This document shows, piece by piece, positions 18,916 through 27,916 of a stretch of 27,916 bases of DNA. The translations under genes were made by a program, and so were the position numbers. The first letter of the stretch is position 1. Every line of letters starts with the position of its first letter. A model generated the notes under the pieces. The model ran no database searches, was not told the DNA's origin, and was given only the letters and a program-made list of their open reading frames with translations. The DNA is taken from NCBI GenBank assembly GCA_046597055.1, contig JBKJLC010000205.1:1-27916 (forward strand), written 5' to 3'. Origin of the DNA: Kofleriaceae bacterium (GTDB lineage Bacteria > Myxococcota_A > Polyangia > Haliangiales > Haliangiaceae).

Positions 18916-20355
18916 CTAATGGCCGCTACCGCCGCCGGTCTCCCGCTTGCGACGCGACTGCGCCTCGCGATAGCGGTCGGCCCAGCCCTCGACGTTGACC
19001 TGCTTGACCCGAGAGAGCGCGAGCGCGCCGCGCGGCACGTCCTTGGTGACGGTGGTGCCCGAGCCGACGTAAGCGTCGCGGCCGATCGTCACCGGCGCGA
19101 CCAGCTGGCTGTCGCTGCCGATGAAGGCGCCCGCCTCGATCGTGGTCACGTGCTTGGCGAAGCCGTCGTAGTTGCAGGTGATGGTGCCGGCGCCGATGTT
19201 GGCCTTCGCGCCGATCGACGCGTCGCCCAGGTACGACAGGTGGCTGGCCTTGGCGCCCGCCATCAGGTGCGACTTCTTGATCTCGACGAAGTTACCCACC
19301 TTGACGTCCTCGTCGAGCTGGGTCTTGGGCCGCAGGTGCGCGAACGGCCCGACCTCGGCGCGCGGGCCGACCTGGGCCTCGGCCGCGATCGAGTACGGCT
19401 TGAAGTAGGCGTCGGCCGCGACGGTCGCGTCGGTGAGCACGCAGCCGACGTCGATCCGGGCGCGATCGCCGATCGAGGTCTTGCCGCGCAGGACCACGCC
19501 CGCCGCCAGCCACACGTCCTTGCCGATCGGACCGACGTCGGCATCGATGTACGTCGTCGCCGGCGACACCATGGTCACCCCGGCCCGCATGTGCTCCTCG
19601 TTGATGCGACGGCGGGCGGCGGCCTCGACCGCGGCCAGGTCGACCCGGTCGTTGATGCCCGAGACCTCCTCGAACGGCGCGTCGATCGAGCGGGCACCGC
19701 CGCGGGTCGCCGCGCGCGCGACCAGGTCAGTCAGGTACAGCTCGCCCTTGGCGTTGTCAGCGCGCAGGGTCGCCAGATCCTTGCGCAGGTGACCCAGGCG
19801 CACCGCGTAGAAGCCGGCGTTGGTGTCCTTGATCGCGCGCTGGGCCGGCAGCGCGTCGGGCCACTCGACGATGCGGAGCAGGGTGCCGCCGTCGTCGCGG
19901 ACCAGCCGTCCGTAGGGCATCTCGCGATCGGGCACGGTCGACAGCAGCGCCAGGCCGGCCGGGTTGCTCGCGCACGCCTCGGTGAGCTCGGCGATGCGCT
20001 CGGCGCGCAAGAGCGGCGCGTCGCCGGACAGGATGACGACGACCCGATCGTCGGGCTCGCTGGCCAGCGCGGGCAAGGCCGACAGCACCGCGTGGCCGGT
20101 GCCCTTCTGCTCGGCCTGCAGCGCGATGTCGATCGCGCCGGCGCCGTAGCGGGCATCGAGCGCCGCCTTCACGGTCTCGAGCTGGTGACCGAGGATCGCG
20201 ACGATGCGATTGGCGCCGGCGCCGCGCGCCGCTTCGATCGCCCACGCGACCATCGGGCGCCCCGCGATCTCGTGGAGGACCTTGGAGCGCTCGCTCTTCA
20301 TGCGGGTGCCCAGGCCCGCGGCCATGATCAGGACGATCGGTGACGGACGGCTCAT
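18916..20355 (-). CDS. glmU: Bifunctional UDP-N-acetylglucosamine pyrophosphorylase / glucosamine-1-phosphate N-acetyltransferase
   Basis: MAAGLGTRMKS...KVLH, QKGTGHAV, SGDAP, ELYLTD, GINDR, GPFAHLRP, GNFVEIK, HLSYLGDA, GAGTITCNYDG. Confidence 0.97.
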   Translation of the reverse strand: MSRPSPIVLIMAAGLGTRMKSERSKVLHEIAGRPMVAWAIEAARGAGANRIVAILGHQLETVKAALDARYGAGAIDIALQAEQKGTGHAVLSALPALASEPDDRVVVILSGDAPLLRAERIAELTEACASNPAGLALLSTVPDREMPYGRLVRDDGGTLLRIVEWPDALPAQRAIKDTNAGFYAVRLGHLRKDLATLRADNAKGELYLTDLVARAATRGGARSIDAPFEEVSGINDRVDLAAVEAAARRRINEEHMRAGVTMVSPATTYIDADVGPIGKDVWLAAGVVLRGKTSIGDRARIDVGCVLTDATVAADAYFKPYSIAAEAQVGPRAEVGPFAHLRPKTQLDEDVKVGNFVEIKKSHLMAGAKASHLSYLGDASIGAKANIGAGTITCNYDGFAKHVTTIEAGAFIGSDSQLVAPVTIGRDAYVGSGTTVTKDVPRGALALSRVKQVNVEGWADRYREAQSRRKRETGGGSGH

Positions 20356-20408
20356 GGTGGGCAACATAGCAGGGCCCCGCGAGGCGCGGGATCGGGTAGA
20401 ACTCGAAC

Positions 20409-21539
20409 GTGCCGCGCCGGCTGCGCCTCGCTTGCTTGGCCGCGCTCGCGCTGGCGCTCGGGTCGCCCGGCACCGCCGCGGCCCACCAGTCGTCGGTGAC
20501 CTACGTCGAGGCCACGGTCGAGGCCAGCGCGATCGCGCTGGCGGTGCGCATCGACCCTCGCGACCTGGCCGAGGCGCTGCGCGGCAGCCACGACGTCGCG
20601 CTCGATCCGGCCGCGCTGACCGCCACGTCTCGAGCCGCCGCGATCGCCTACGTCACCGCCGGCCTCGCCGTGTACGACGGCGAGGTGCGGTGCCCGCCGG
20701 GCGCGACCGCGGTCGGGCCTCGCGACGGCCGGGTCGAGGTCCGGCTGGTCGCGTCCTGCCCGGGCCCACCGGCCCGGCTGGTCATCGACTACGACCTGAT
20801 GTTCGAGATCGATCGCAACCACACCGCGGCGCTGCGGGTGCGCGTCGCCGGCCAGACCCCGGCCGACACCCTGCTCGACGCCGACCATGCGCGCTTCGTG
20901 TGGGAGCTGGGCGCGCCCCCGCCGTCGGGCGCGGCCGGGTTCGTGCGCGAGGGCGTGCACCACGTCGTCACCGGCCTCGATCACGTCGCGTTCGTGCTCG
21001 CGCTCCTGCTCGCCGTGGTGATCGAGCGCGCCGGCCCGGGCTGGCGGCTGCGCCGGCTGGGCCCCGCGGTCCGCGCGACCGCCGCGGTGGTCAGCGCCTT
21101 CACGATCTCGCACTCGCTGACCCTGATCGTCGCCGCGCTCGGCTACCTGTCGCTGCCGGCGCGCCTGGTCGAGAGCGTGATCGCCGCGTCGATCGTGTGG
21201 ACCGCCGCCGAGGACGTCGTGCGGCCCGACGTGCGCTGGCGGTTCGCGGTCGCGTTCGGCTTCGGCCTGATCCACGGCCTCGGCTTCGCCCGCATGCTGG
21301 CGGTGCTGCTGCCGCCCGGCGACGTGATCGTGCCGCTGATCTGCTTCAACCTCGGCGTCGAGCTGGCGCAGCTCGCGATCGTCCTGGTCGCGGTGCCGGC
21401 GGCGTGGCTGCTGGCGCGTACGATCGGCGCCGACCGCTACCGGCGCTACGCACTGCCCGCGCTGGCCGGACCGCTCGCGCTGTTCGGCCTGATCTGGCTG
21501 ATCGAGCGCCTGTTCGACGTGACCCTGCTCGGGCTGTGA
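20409..21539 (+). CDS. HupE/UreJ-family membrane protein with N-terminal periplasmic domain
   Basis: Signal peptide ending AAA followed by His. Motifs GVHHVVTGLDHVAF, AFTISHSLTL, VESVIAASI, FGLIHGLGFA, FNLGVELAQ. Confidence 0.85.
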   Translation: MPRRLRLACLAALALALGSPGTAAAHQSSVTYVEATVEASAIALAVRIDPRDLAEALRGSHDVALDPAALTATSRAAAIAYVTAGLAVYDGEVRCPPGATAVGPRDGRVEVRLVASCPGPPARLVIDYDLMFEIDRNHTAALRVRVAGQTPADTLLDADHARFVWELGAPPPSGAAGFVREGVHHVVTGLDHVAFVLALLLAVVIERAGPGWRLRRLGPAVRATAAVVSAFTISHSLTLIVAALGYLSLPARLVESVIAASIVWTAAEDVVRPDVRWRFAVAFGFGLIHGLGFARMLAVLLPPGDVIVPLICFNLGVELAQLAIVLVAVPAAWLLARTIGADRYRRYALPALAGPLALFGLIWLIERLFDVTLLGL

Positions 21540-21792
21540 CGCCCGCGCACGGAGCTCAACGAGGCCTGGCGTACCGAGCTCGACGCCGGCGACACCGGAT
21601 CGCCAGACGATCGCGCCCGCGTCACGATCGACCACGAACGAGTCGGGGCTTGCGCTGATCGGCGCTCGACCGAGCAACCGGGGGACCGTCCAGATCACCG
21701 GCACCCGCGGCCTGGACCGATGGGGCGACGTCGGCGCGACGGTGGGCGAGGGCTGGCTGTTCGTCGAGTCGAGCACCGCCCTCGCCCGCTGA
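21540..21792 (+). pseudogene. Possible gene remnant
   Basis: Coding-like codon bias in a start-less stretch ending ...TVQITGTRGLDRWGDVGATVGEGWLFVESSTALAR* (TGA 21790-21792), with other coding-like fragments in other frames upstream. Confidence 0.25.
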
Positions 21793-21893
21793 TCGGGGGC
21801 ATTTTTCGGCAACTGCGGCACCGTCCGAACGATAGGGGCCCGCGCATGAGGCTGATCCGCTTCGACGTCGGCACGATGGGTCCAAGTGGACTG

Positions 21894-24800
21894 ATGTTCT
21901 GCATTGCCTGCCGCAGGTACCGGCAACCCGAGCACGCGCGACCACCGGACGCGTGCGCGGCCTGCGGCGGCGTCACGATCCAGCCGGCGCGCACCACGCT
22001 CGCCGACGACCTCGCGCGGCTGCGCTACCTCGAGCACGAGCTGCGCACCTGGGCCCGGACCGGGCTGATCGACGAGGCGACGCGGGACCGGCTGCTCGCG
22101 CCGTACCTCGAGGACGCCGCGCTCGCGCAGCAGTACCTGGACGACGAGGCCGCACCGGTGTCGCCGGCCCCGGTGCCGGTCGTCGAGGTCGTCGCGGCCA
22201 TCGCGGTCGTCCCGGCCGCCGCGCCCGGCGAGGTCGTGCCCGTGGTGGCGGTCGCCGAGCTCGTCGAGCCAGTCGGGGTCCCGGCCGCGCCCGCCCCGTC
22301 GCCGGCCCCCCCGGCCCCGCCCGGACCGCCACCGCGGGAGGACCCGCGGCTCCTCCGCGAGCTGCGGCCGGTGTTCTACGAGAACCTGGTCCTCCTCCTG
22401 GGCGCGTTCCTCGTCTTCGCCGGCTCGGTCTACTTCGCCATCTACTTCTGGGACCGGCTGGGCAGCGTCGGCCCGCTGGTCGCCGGCAGCCTCCTCGCCG
22501 GGTACGCCTCGAGCTTCGCCGGCACCGGCTACCTGGTGCAGCGCCGCTACCACGCCGACCTCAGCGCGCGCGTGCTCTACGCCATCGCCACGACGATCTT
22601 GCCGGTGGCCGTCACCCTGCTCGGTCAGCCACTCGCGGGCGGTGGGCTCGGCCTGAGCGTGCTCGCCGGCGCCGCGGTCACGCTGATCTCGGTGCTGGCC
22701 TACCCGGCGCTCTGGGTCGCGGCGTCGCTCTTCCAGCGCGAGGTCGGCCGGCCGTTCGCGCGCTCGTTCGTGGTGATGCTGCTGGCGATCGGGTGGGCGC
22801 CGCTGGTCGCGCACCATCTGCCGCGGCCGGTCGGCCTGCTATTCCTCTATCTCGCCACCCTGCCCTTGCTGGTCATGTACCGGCAGATCCGCGGCATCGG
22901 CTGGGTCTTCGAGCGCGCGACCGTGGTCTACGTCGTCGGCGGCTCGGCCTACGCGCTCCTGGCCGTGGCCACCCGCACCTCGCTGGCCCTCGAGCCCGTG
23001 CTCCGGCCCGCCGAGCTCGCGCCGCTCCTGGTCCTGATCGCCACCGCCGCGATCGATCTCGACGTGTCGTGGCGCGCGCGCGCCCACGCGGTGCGCACGA
23101 CGCTCGGCGCGGTCGGCGTGCTCGCCCACGGCGCGGCGGTGCTGGCGGTCGCGCTGGCGGCGCTGCACCCGGGCTGGCGCCTGGTCACCACCCTGGCGAC
23201 CGGCCTCCTGTTCGCGGTCGCCGCGCTCCGCCACCAGCGCGCCCAGGCGCTGCACCTGGCGCTGCTCGCGCTCGCCGCGAGCGCCGTGATGGTGCTGTGG
23301 CTGCCGGGGTTCAGCCCGCCGCGCGGGGTCGCGTTCGCCGGCGTCCTGCTCCTGCCGCTGGCGCTCGGGACCGCGCACCTCGCGGCCCGCTGGCGTCGCC
23401 ACGGCGCGATCGAATTCGCGCGGATCTGCGAGGTCTGGACGGTGGCGTGCGCGGTGGGCGCGGCGCTGATGGCGCTCGGCTTGCCCCGGCTCGGGCCCGG
23501 GTGGACCGCCGCCGCGCTGGGCTCGCTCGCCCCGCGCCTGCCCGCGCTCGTCATGCTGCCGGCGACCGCCGCCGCGCTGGCGCTGGCGTGGCGGTGGACG
23601 CGGCGCCGCGGCCTCCTCGGGCTCGCCGTGCTCGCCGCGGCGTCCACCGTGGTGCTGCTCGCGGGGATGGCCGGCGCCGGGCTGGCCACCCTGGCCGCGA
23701 CCACGGCCGGGCTCGGGCTGATGGTCGCGCTCGCCGCCGCCGCCGCCGGGCGTCGCGGCCATGCCGACGCGCAACTCGGCCTGGTCGATGCGGCGATGGT
23801 GCTCGCGGGCATCGGCTTCCTGGCCACGGTCGCCGCGCACCTCGGCGGCTGGCCCGGCCCGGACCTCGCGCCGCGCATGCTCGCCGGGGTGCTGGTCGCG
23901 GCCGCGGCGATCGCGGTGAGCGCCCAGATCCCCCGGCGCGCGCTCGACGTCCTCGCCGTGCTCGCGCTCGCCACGTCGTGCGCGGCCGCGCTCGCCCCGG
24001 TGGTCCCGCTGGCGCTCCTGGCCGGCGTGCTCGCCCTGGGCCTGTTCGCGCTCGACGCGCGCCTGCGCGACGCCGTGATCGGGGCGGCGCGGCCGTTCGC
24101 CGACGCCTGGTGGATCGCGATCGCGGCGACCGCCGTGCAAGCGTTCCACCTCGCCGAGACCACCGCCCGCCTGGCGACGCTGGCCTCGCTCGAGGCGACC
24201 CTGGTCGCGGCGGCCTGCTTCATCGTCGCCGCGCGCCGCTCGCGCGCCTGGCCCACGTACCTCGGCCTCGGCTTCCTGGCCGCCGCCGCCTACGGGCTGC
24301 CAGCGGCGCTCGCCCTCGACGTCAGGCCCCGGACGGTGGTCAAGGCGTGCGGGCTGGCGGTGGTGGCGGTCGCCCTGCTGCTGCGGGCCTGGCCGCGGCT
24401 GGTCCGCTGGCGCACCACGTTCCTCGACGTGCCGCTGCACCTGGCGGCGATCGGCGTGCCGATCGCGTGGTTCCGACCACTCACGCTGCTCGGCACGCTC
24501 GGCGACGACGGCTCGGTCGGATCGAGCCGCCTGCTGCGCGCGCTCGGATCGGCGCTCGCGCTGGCCACGCTGGCCGCGCTCGTGCACGGCTCGATCCTCC
24601 ATGCCTACCTGGCGGCGGCGGCGCTGGCGCTGCTGGCGCCAGCGGCCGCGGCGGCGCTCGGGCTGAGCACCGCGGCGGTCGCGCCGGCCTTCGCGGTATC
24701 GGCGCTGGTGATGCTGGCCGCGGCTCACCTCGCGCGGCGGAGCCGCTGGCTGCGCGGGGCGGTGCGCGCGGGCGACCGGCCGCTGGCGCTGTTCGGACGC

Positions 24801-26531
24801 TGGCGCCTCCCGGCCGCGGCCAGCCACGGTGCGTTGTGGGCGCCGCCGCTCGCGCGGACGAGCGCGCTGGCCGCGCTCGCCGCCCTGGTGCTGGTCGCCG
24901 GCGCGCCGGTGCTCGCCGGGCCGGCGCTCGCGCTCGTGCTCCTGGTCGGATATGCGCTGTGGCGGTGGCTGGCGCCGGCCCCGGCCGAGCACCCCTGGAT
25001 CGCGCGCGCCCGGCTCTGGGTCCACGCCGCCTGCGCCGGCATGGTGGCGCTGGCCGGCGCGCTGTGCCAGCTCGCCGAGATGACGACGACGATCGTCGCC
25101 GGCGCTGCGGTGATGGGCTGTCTGTTCTGGTTCGTCGGCGAGGTCCTCGCCCGCACGCCGTGGGCGCGCACCCGCGACGGCGCGCGCGGGTTCCTCGCGT
25201 GGAGCGTGCTGCTGCCGCTGATCGCGGTCGCCGCCGGCGCGCCGCGCGACGTCCCGCTCGCGGGCCTCGGCGCCGTCCTGCTCGCGCTCACCGTCACGCG
25301 TTATCGCGGCCGCTATCACGCCGACCGCATCCGGCTCGCGCCCTCGGTCGCGACCATGGTCGCCGCCGGGCTGGTCGTGCGCGGCCTGCTGGTCCGCAGC
25401 GGCTGGGCCGAGCCCACCGCCGTCACGCTCGCGGCGCTCGCACTCACCGCGAGCCTGGGGGCGTGGGCGCACTGGGGGCTGCGCCGCCGGGTCGGCCTCG
25501 GCGCGCCCCGTGCGTACGCCTCGGGCTGGGCGCTGGTCGCGGCCGCGCTCGCGCTGGCCTCCGCCGGCGCGGGCGCGCCACTGGCGGCGTCGGCGGTCGT
25601 GACCGCGGCGGTCGGACTGACCGCCCTCGGGCTGGTCACGGTGTGGTTCGGCTTCGCGGCCGTCGACACCGGTCGCGCCCAGCACGGCCACCCGGCGCTC
25701 GCTGGTCTCATTCTGGTCTACCTGCACGTCCGGATCGGGCCGTTCGGCGCCGGCCTGAACGCTGGGCTCGACGCCAGCCTCGCCGTCGGTGCCGCGTTCT
25801 TGCTCCACCTCGCGACCGAGGTGCTGGGACGCGGACGGCTGGCGGCGCTCGCCGGTTCGGCCCGCGCCGGCGCGCGCGTGCTGCCCGCGGTCGCCACCGC
25901 TGTGCTCGCCGTGGCGGTCGCGAACGGCGCCCCCGGCGTGACCACGCTCGTGCTGGTCGTGCTCGCCGAGGCGATCGGATTGATCTACGCGCTCGGCCAC
26001 CGCGGTGGCGGTCACCCGCTCCTCGGCCTGGCCGCCGCGGTCTCTTGCAACGCTGGCCTGCTGCTGCTCGCGCAGCGCAGCGACCTGCGCGACGCGCTCT
26101 TCTACACGATCCCGACCGGCGTCTCGATCGTGGTCCTCGCCCGTCTGTACCGCGCCCACCTGGATCCCGGCGCGAGTCGTGCGCTGCGGACGCTCGGCTG
26201 CCTGCTCATCTACGTCTCGGGCTTCTACCAGGCGCTGCAGTTCGACGGCGGCAGTCCGGCGCTGGTCCTGGGTGGCCTGACGCTGGTCGGCGTGGGCCTC
26301 GGCTTCGCACTGCAACTGCGCGACCTGTTCCTGCTCAGCGTCGGCTTCACCGTCCTGAACGTGCTCAGCAACCTGGCCTACTACGGCGTACACCGTCCGC
26401 TCCTGGGCTGGACCATCCTGACCCTGACCGGGCTGGGCCTGACCGCGAGCGGCGTGCTGTTCCAGCTGCGCCGCGCCCGGCTACGGGCCTGGATCGCGCG
26501 CACGCGCGCGCTCCTGCGGCGCTGGGACTAG
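21894..26531 (+). CDS. Very large (~1545 aa) polytopic membrane protein with N-terminal CxxC...CxxC zinc ribbon, function unknown
   Basis: Single open frame. MFCIAC...CAACGG, then ELRTWARTGLID (DUF2157-like), a Pro-rich linker and dozens of hydrophobic segments. Start could instead be 21846 or 21876. Confidence 0.75.
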   Translation: MFCIACRRYRQPEHARPPDACAACGGVTIQPARTTLADDLARLRYLEHELRTWARTGLIDEATRDRLLAPYLEDAALAQQYLDDEAAPVSPAPVPVVEVVAAIAVVPAAAPGEVVPVVAVAELVEPVGVPAAPAPSPAPPAPPGPPPREDPRLLRELRPVFYENLVLLLGAFLVFAGSVYFAIYFWDRLGSVGPLVAGSLLAGYASSFAGTGYLVQRRYHADLSARVLYAIATTILPVAVTLLGQPLAGGGLGLSVLAGAAVTLISVLAYPALWVAASLFQREVGRPFARSFVVMLLAIGWAPLVAHHLPRPVGLLFLYLATLPLLVMYRQIRGIGWVFERATVVYVVGGSAYALLAVATRTSLALEPVLRPAELAPLLVLIATAAIDLDVSWRARAHAVRTTLGAVGVLAHGAAVLAVALAALHPGWRLVTTLATGLLFAVAALRHQRAQALHLALLALAASAVMVLWLPGFSPPRGVAFAGVLLLPLALGTAHLAARWRRHGAIEFARICEVWTVACAVGAALMALGLPRLGPGWTAAALGSLAPRLPALVMLPATAAALALAWRWTRRRGLLGLAVLAAASTVVLLAGMAGAGLATLAATTAGLGLMVALAAAAAGRRGHADAQLGLVDAAMVLAGIGFLATVAAHLGGWPGPDLAPRMLAGVLVAAAAIAVSAQIPRRALDVLAVLALATSCAAALAPVVPLALLAGVLALGLFALDARLRDAVIGAARPFADAWWIAIAATAVQAFHLAETTARLATLASLEATLVAAACFIVAARRSRAWPTYLGLGFLAAAAYGLPAALALDVRPRTVVKACGLAVVAVALLLRAWPRLVRWRTTFLDVPLHLAAIGVPIAWFRPLTLLGTLGDDGSVGSSRLLRALGSALALATLAALVHGSILHAYLAAAALALLAPAAAAALGLSTAAVAPAFAVSALVMLAAAHLARRSRWLRGAVRAGDRPLALFGRWRLPAAASHGALWAPPLARTSALAALAALVLVAGAPVLAGPALALVLLVGYALWRWLAPAPAEHPWIARARLWVHAACAGMVALAGALCQLAEMTTTIVAGAAVMGCLFWFVGEVLARTPWARTRDGARGFLAWSVLLPLIAVAAGAPRDVPLAGLGAVLLALTVTRYRGRYHADRIRLAPSVATMVAAGLVVRGLLVRSGWAEPTAVTLAALALTASLGAWAHWGLRRRVGLGAPRAYASGWALVAAALALASAGAGAPLAASAVVTAAVGLTALGLVTVWFGFAAVDTGRAQHGHPALAGLILVYLHVRIGPFGAGLNAGLDASLAVGAAFLLHLATEVLGRGRLAALAGSARAGARVLPAVATAVLAVAVANGAPGVTTLVLVVLAEAIGLIYALGHRGGGHPLLGLAAAVSCNAGLLLLAQRSDLRDALFYTIPTGVSIVVLARLYRAHLDPGASRALRTLGCLLIYVSGFYQALQFDGGSPALVLGGLTLVGVGLGFALQLRDLFLLSVGFTVLNVLSNLAYYGVHRPLLGWTILTLTGLGLTASGVLFQLRRARLRAWIARTRALLRRWD

Positions 26532-26665
26532 CGCGCTCGCCTCGCCATGACGTGGGATGCCACGGTAGGTGGCGGCGCCACACGTAGGTACCAGCGTCGC
26601 GCCCGCGGCGAACCTTGGTGCGCACGCGCACGCTGGCCGCCCAGCAACACGCGTACGATCGTGAG

Positions 26666-27082
26666 ATGAAGATTCTTGGCTTGGTCGGGTGCCTGTTCCT
26701 CTGGTCCACGCTCGTCGCTTGCGGCAGTGATGCCCCGCCCGCGCCCGAGTGCGCCGGCTCGTCGTGCGCCTGCCCGGCGGGTACGTCGTGCGACATCGGC
26801 GACTCGAGCTGCGCTGGCGCGAGTTGCACGCTGGCGTGCACGAACGACAACGAGTGCACGGGAACCTGTGGCCAGTCGTGCAGCGTGAGCTGCGCCGGCG
26901 GCTCCGAGTGCGACCTCACCGTGGGTCCGAGCGGCAGCGTGAACTGTGCGAGCGGCTCGACCTGCACCGTGACGTGCACGGGCTCGTGCTCGCTGTCGTG
27001 TAGCCCCGACTCGGTCTGCAAGCTCAAGTGCGCGAGCGACAGCGCCCCTCGCACGGTGACCGAAGGGGGGGAGTGCGCGTGA
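26666..27082 (+). CDS. Small cysteine-rich lipoprotein (20 Cys after the lipidated Cys)
   Basis: Signal MKILGLVGCLFLWSTLVAC, then repeated C-x3-C / C-x5-C spacing rich in Ser/Thr/Gly. Confidence 0.75.
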   Translation: MKILGLVGCLFLWSTLVACGSDAPPAPECAGSSCACPAGTSCDIGDSSCAGASCTLACTNDNECTGTCGQSCSVSCAGGSECDLTVGPSGSVNCASGSTCTVTCTGSCSLSCSPDSVCKLKCASDSAPRTVTEGGECA

Positions 27083-27420
27083 CGACCCGCGCGCGCGTCG
27101 CGTCGCCCCGGCCGGTCTGGGCCTGCTGGTCGCCACGGCCGCCGCGTGTGGCGGCGGCCGCGAGGCCACGCTCGACGTCGCCAACGATCCGACCGCGGTG
27201 CCGTTCGGGACCGCCGCGCTCGTGGTCGTCGTCAACCCGGTGGTGAACGACGACAACCGCGCGTCGCTGCCGGTCCCCGGAGCGACCCGGGCTGGCGTCC
27301 GGCTCGCGACCGACGATGGCGTGACGGCCACGACGGACCCGACCGGGAATCGCGGTGCTGGCCCCGGTCATGCCCGGCACCCGGACGGTCACGGCGGCAC
27401 CGGTCACGACCTGCCCGTGA
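27079..27420 (+). pseudogene. Frameshifted, probably truncated lipoprotein gene
   Basis: GTGA overlap with the upstream stop. Removing one CG from the CG run at ~27088-27097 gives MTTRARRVAPAGLGLLVATAAAC-GGG...VVVVNPVVNDD. An extra A at ~27348 shifts TTDPTG into IAVLAPVMPGTRTVT. Confidence 0.5.
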
Positions 27421-27444
27421 GCCGCGACTGGCGGCACCGGGGCG

Positions 27445-27677
27445 CTACCGGACCAGCTCGAACAGGTCGGGCAGGGACAGCCGGCCCATCACCAGGAGGT
27501 GGGCGGCGTCCGCCGACTGGCGGGACAGGAACCGCAGCTCGCTCTCACCCTGCGCGACCAGCGTCTCCTTGCCGTCGCGGACCCAGAGCACGTGATACGA
27601 GCTGGTGCCGGTGCTGCCGGCGAGCAGGTAGCCGCCGGCAGGATGAGCGCCCGCGCGCTGTCCTCATCGACGTCCAT
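27445..27677 (-). pseudogene. Frameshifted small hypothetical gene
   Basis: ATG 27677 gives MDVDEDSARALILP. The coding-like continuation GGYLLAGSTGTSSYHVLWVRDGKETLV...LFELVR* (TAG 27447-27445) is in another frame, which is closed upstream by TGA. Confidence 0.4.
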
Positions 27678-27723
27678 GCCCGCAGGTATGGCACGCGCCG
27701 GGCCGGTCGCGCCGGCCGCGCGG

Positions 27724-27916
27724 TCAGCCTTCGCGGACGAAGAGGAGGTACTGCTCCTCGAGGTCGTCGACCTCCATGGGCCGGCCACAGCGCGGACACG
27801 GGGTCTTGGGCAGCTTGCCGCCGTTGGCGCGGCACGCGGCGGTCTCGAACAGCTGGTCGATCTGCTCGTCGCACTCGATGCAGGTCATCGGGGCGTAGAA
27901 CGACTCGAGCTGGCCG
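27724..27916 (-). CDS. C-terminus of a zinc-ribbon-containing hypothetical protein (5' part outside window)
   Basis: GQLESFYAPMTCIECDEQ...PCPRCGRPMEVDDLEEQYLLFVREG*. Two CxxC pairs, strong codon bias, TGA at 27726-27724. Confidence 0.7.
   Translation of the reverse strand, partial: GQLESFYAPMTCIECDEQIDQLFETAACRANGGKLPKTPCPRCGRPMEVDDLEEQYLLFVREG

Overview
A very GC-rich bacterial chromosomal window, probably from a myxobacterium (Myxococcota; inferred from the many lipoproteins with DAG/Pro-rich linkers, Cys-rich lipoproteins and zinc-ribbon hypotheticals). Recognisable core genes are thrC, glmU, oligopeptidase B (ptrB), a bacterioferritin-like protein, a YfhL-type ferredoxin, an AlkD-like repair protein, a neutral-ceramidase-like lipoprotein and a HupE/UreJ-type protein. 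The best candidate for an undescribed system is a compositionally atypical, closely coupled two-gene cassette (725-3539). It encodes a DUF262 (GmrS/ParB-Srx-like) protein whose C-terminal HNH-type motif looks degenerate, followed by an intact HipA kinase with no HipB-type antitoxin. This suggests a sensor/antitoxin plus kinase-toxin defence module. Other notable items: (1) a C39-peptidase ABC export operon behind a sigma54-type site, whose first adaptor is fused to pseudo-receiver and GAF domains and whose cargo is not evident; (2) a ~600-bp nested-palindromic REP/BIME-like array between ptrB and glmU, which ptrB reads into; (3) recurring leaderless-type promoter architecture; (4) frameshifted genes near the right end. 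All calls come from reading motifs by eye, without database searches.
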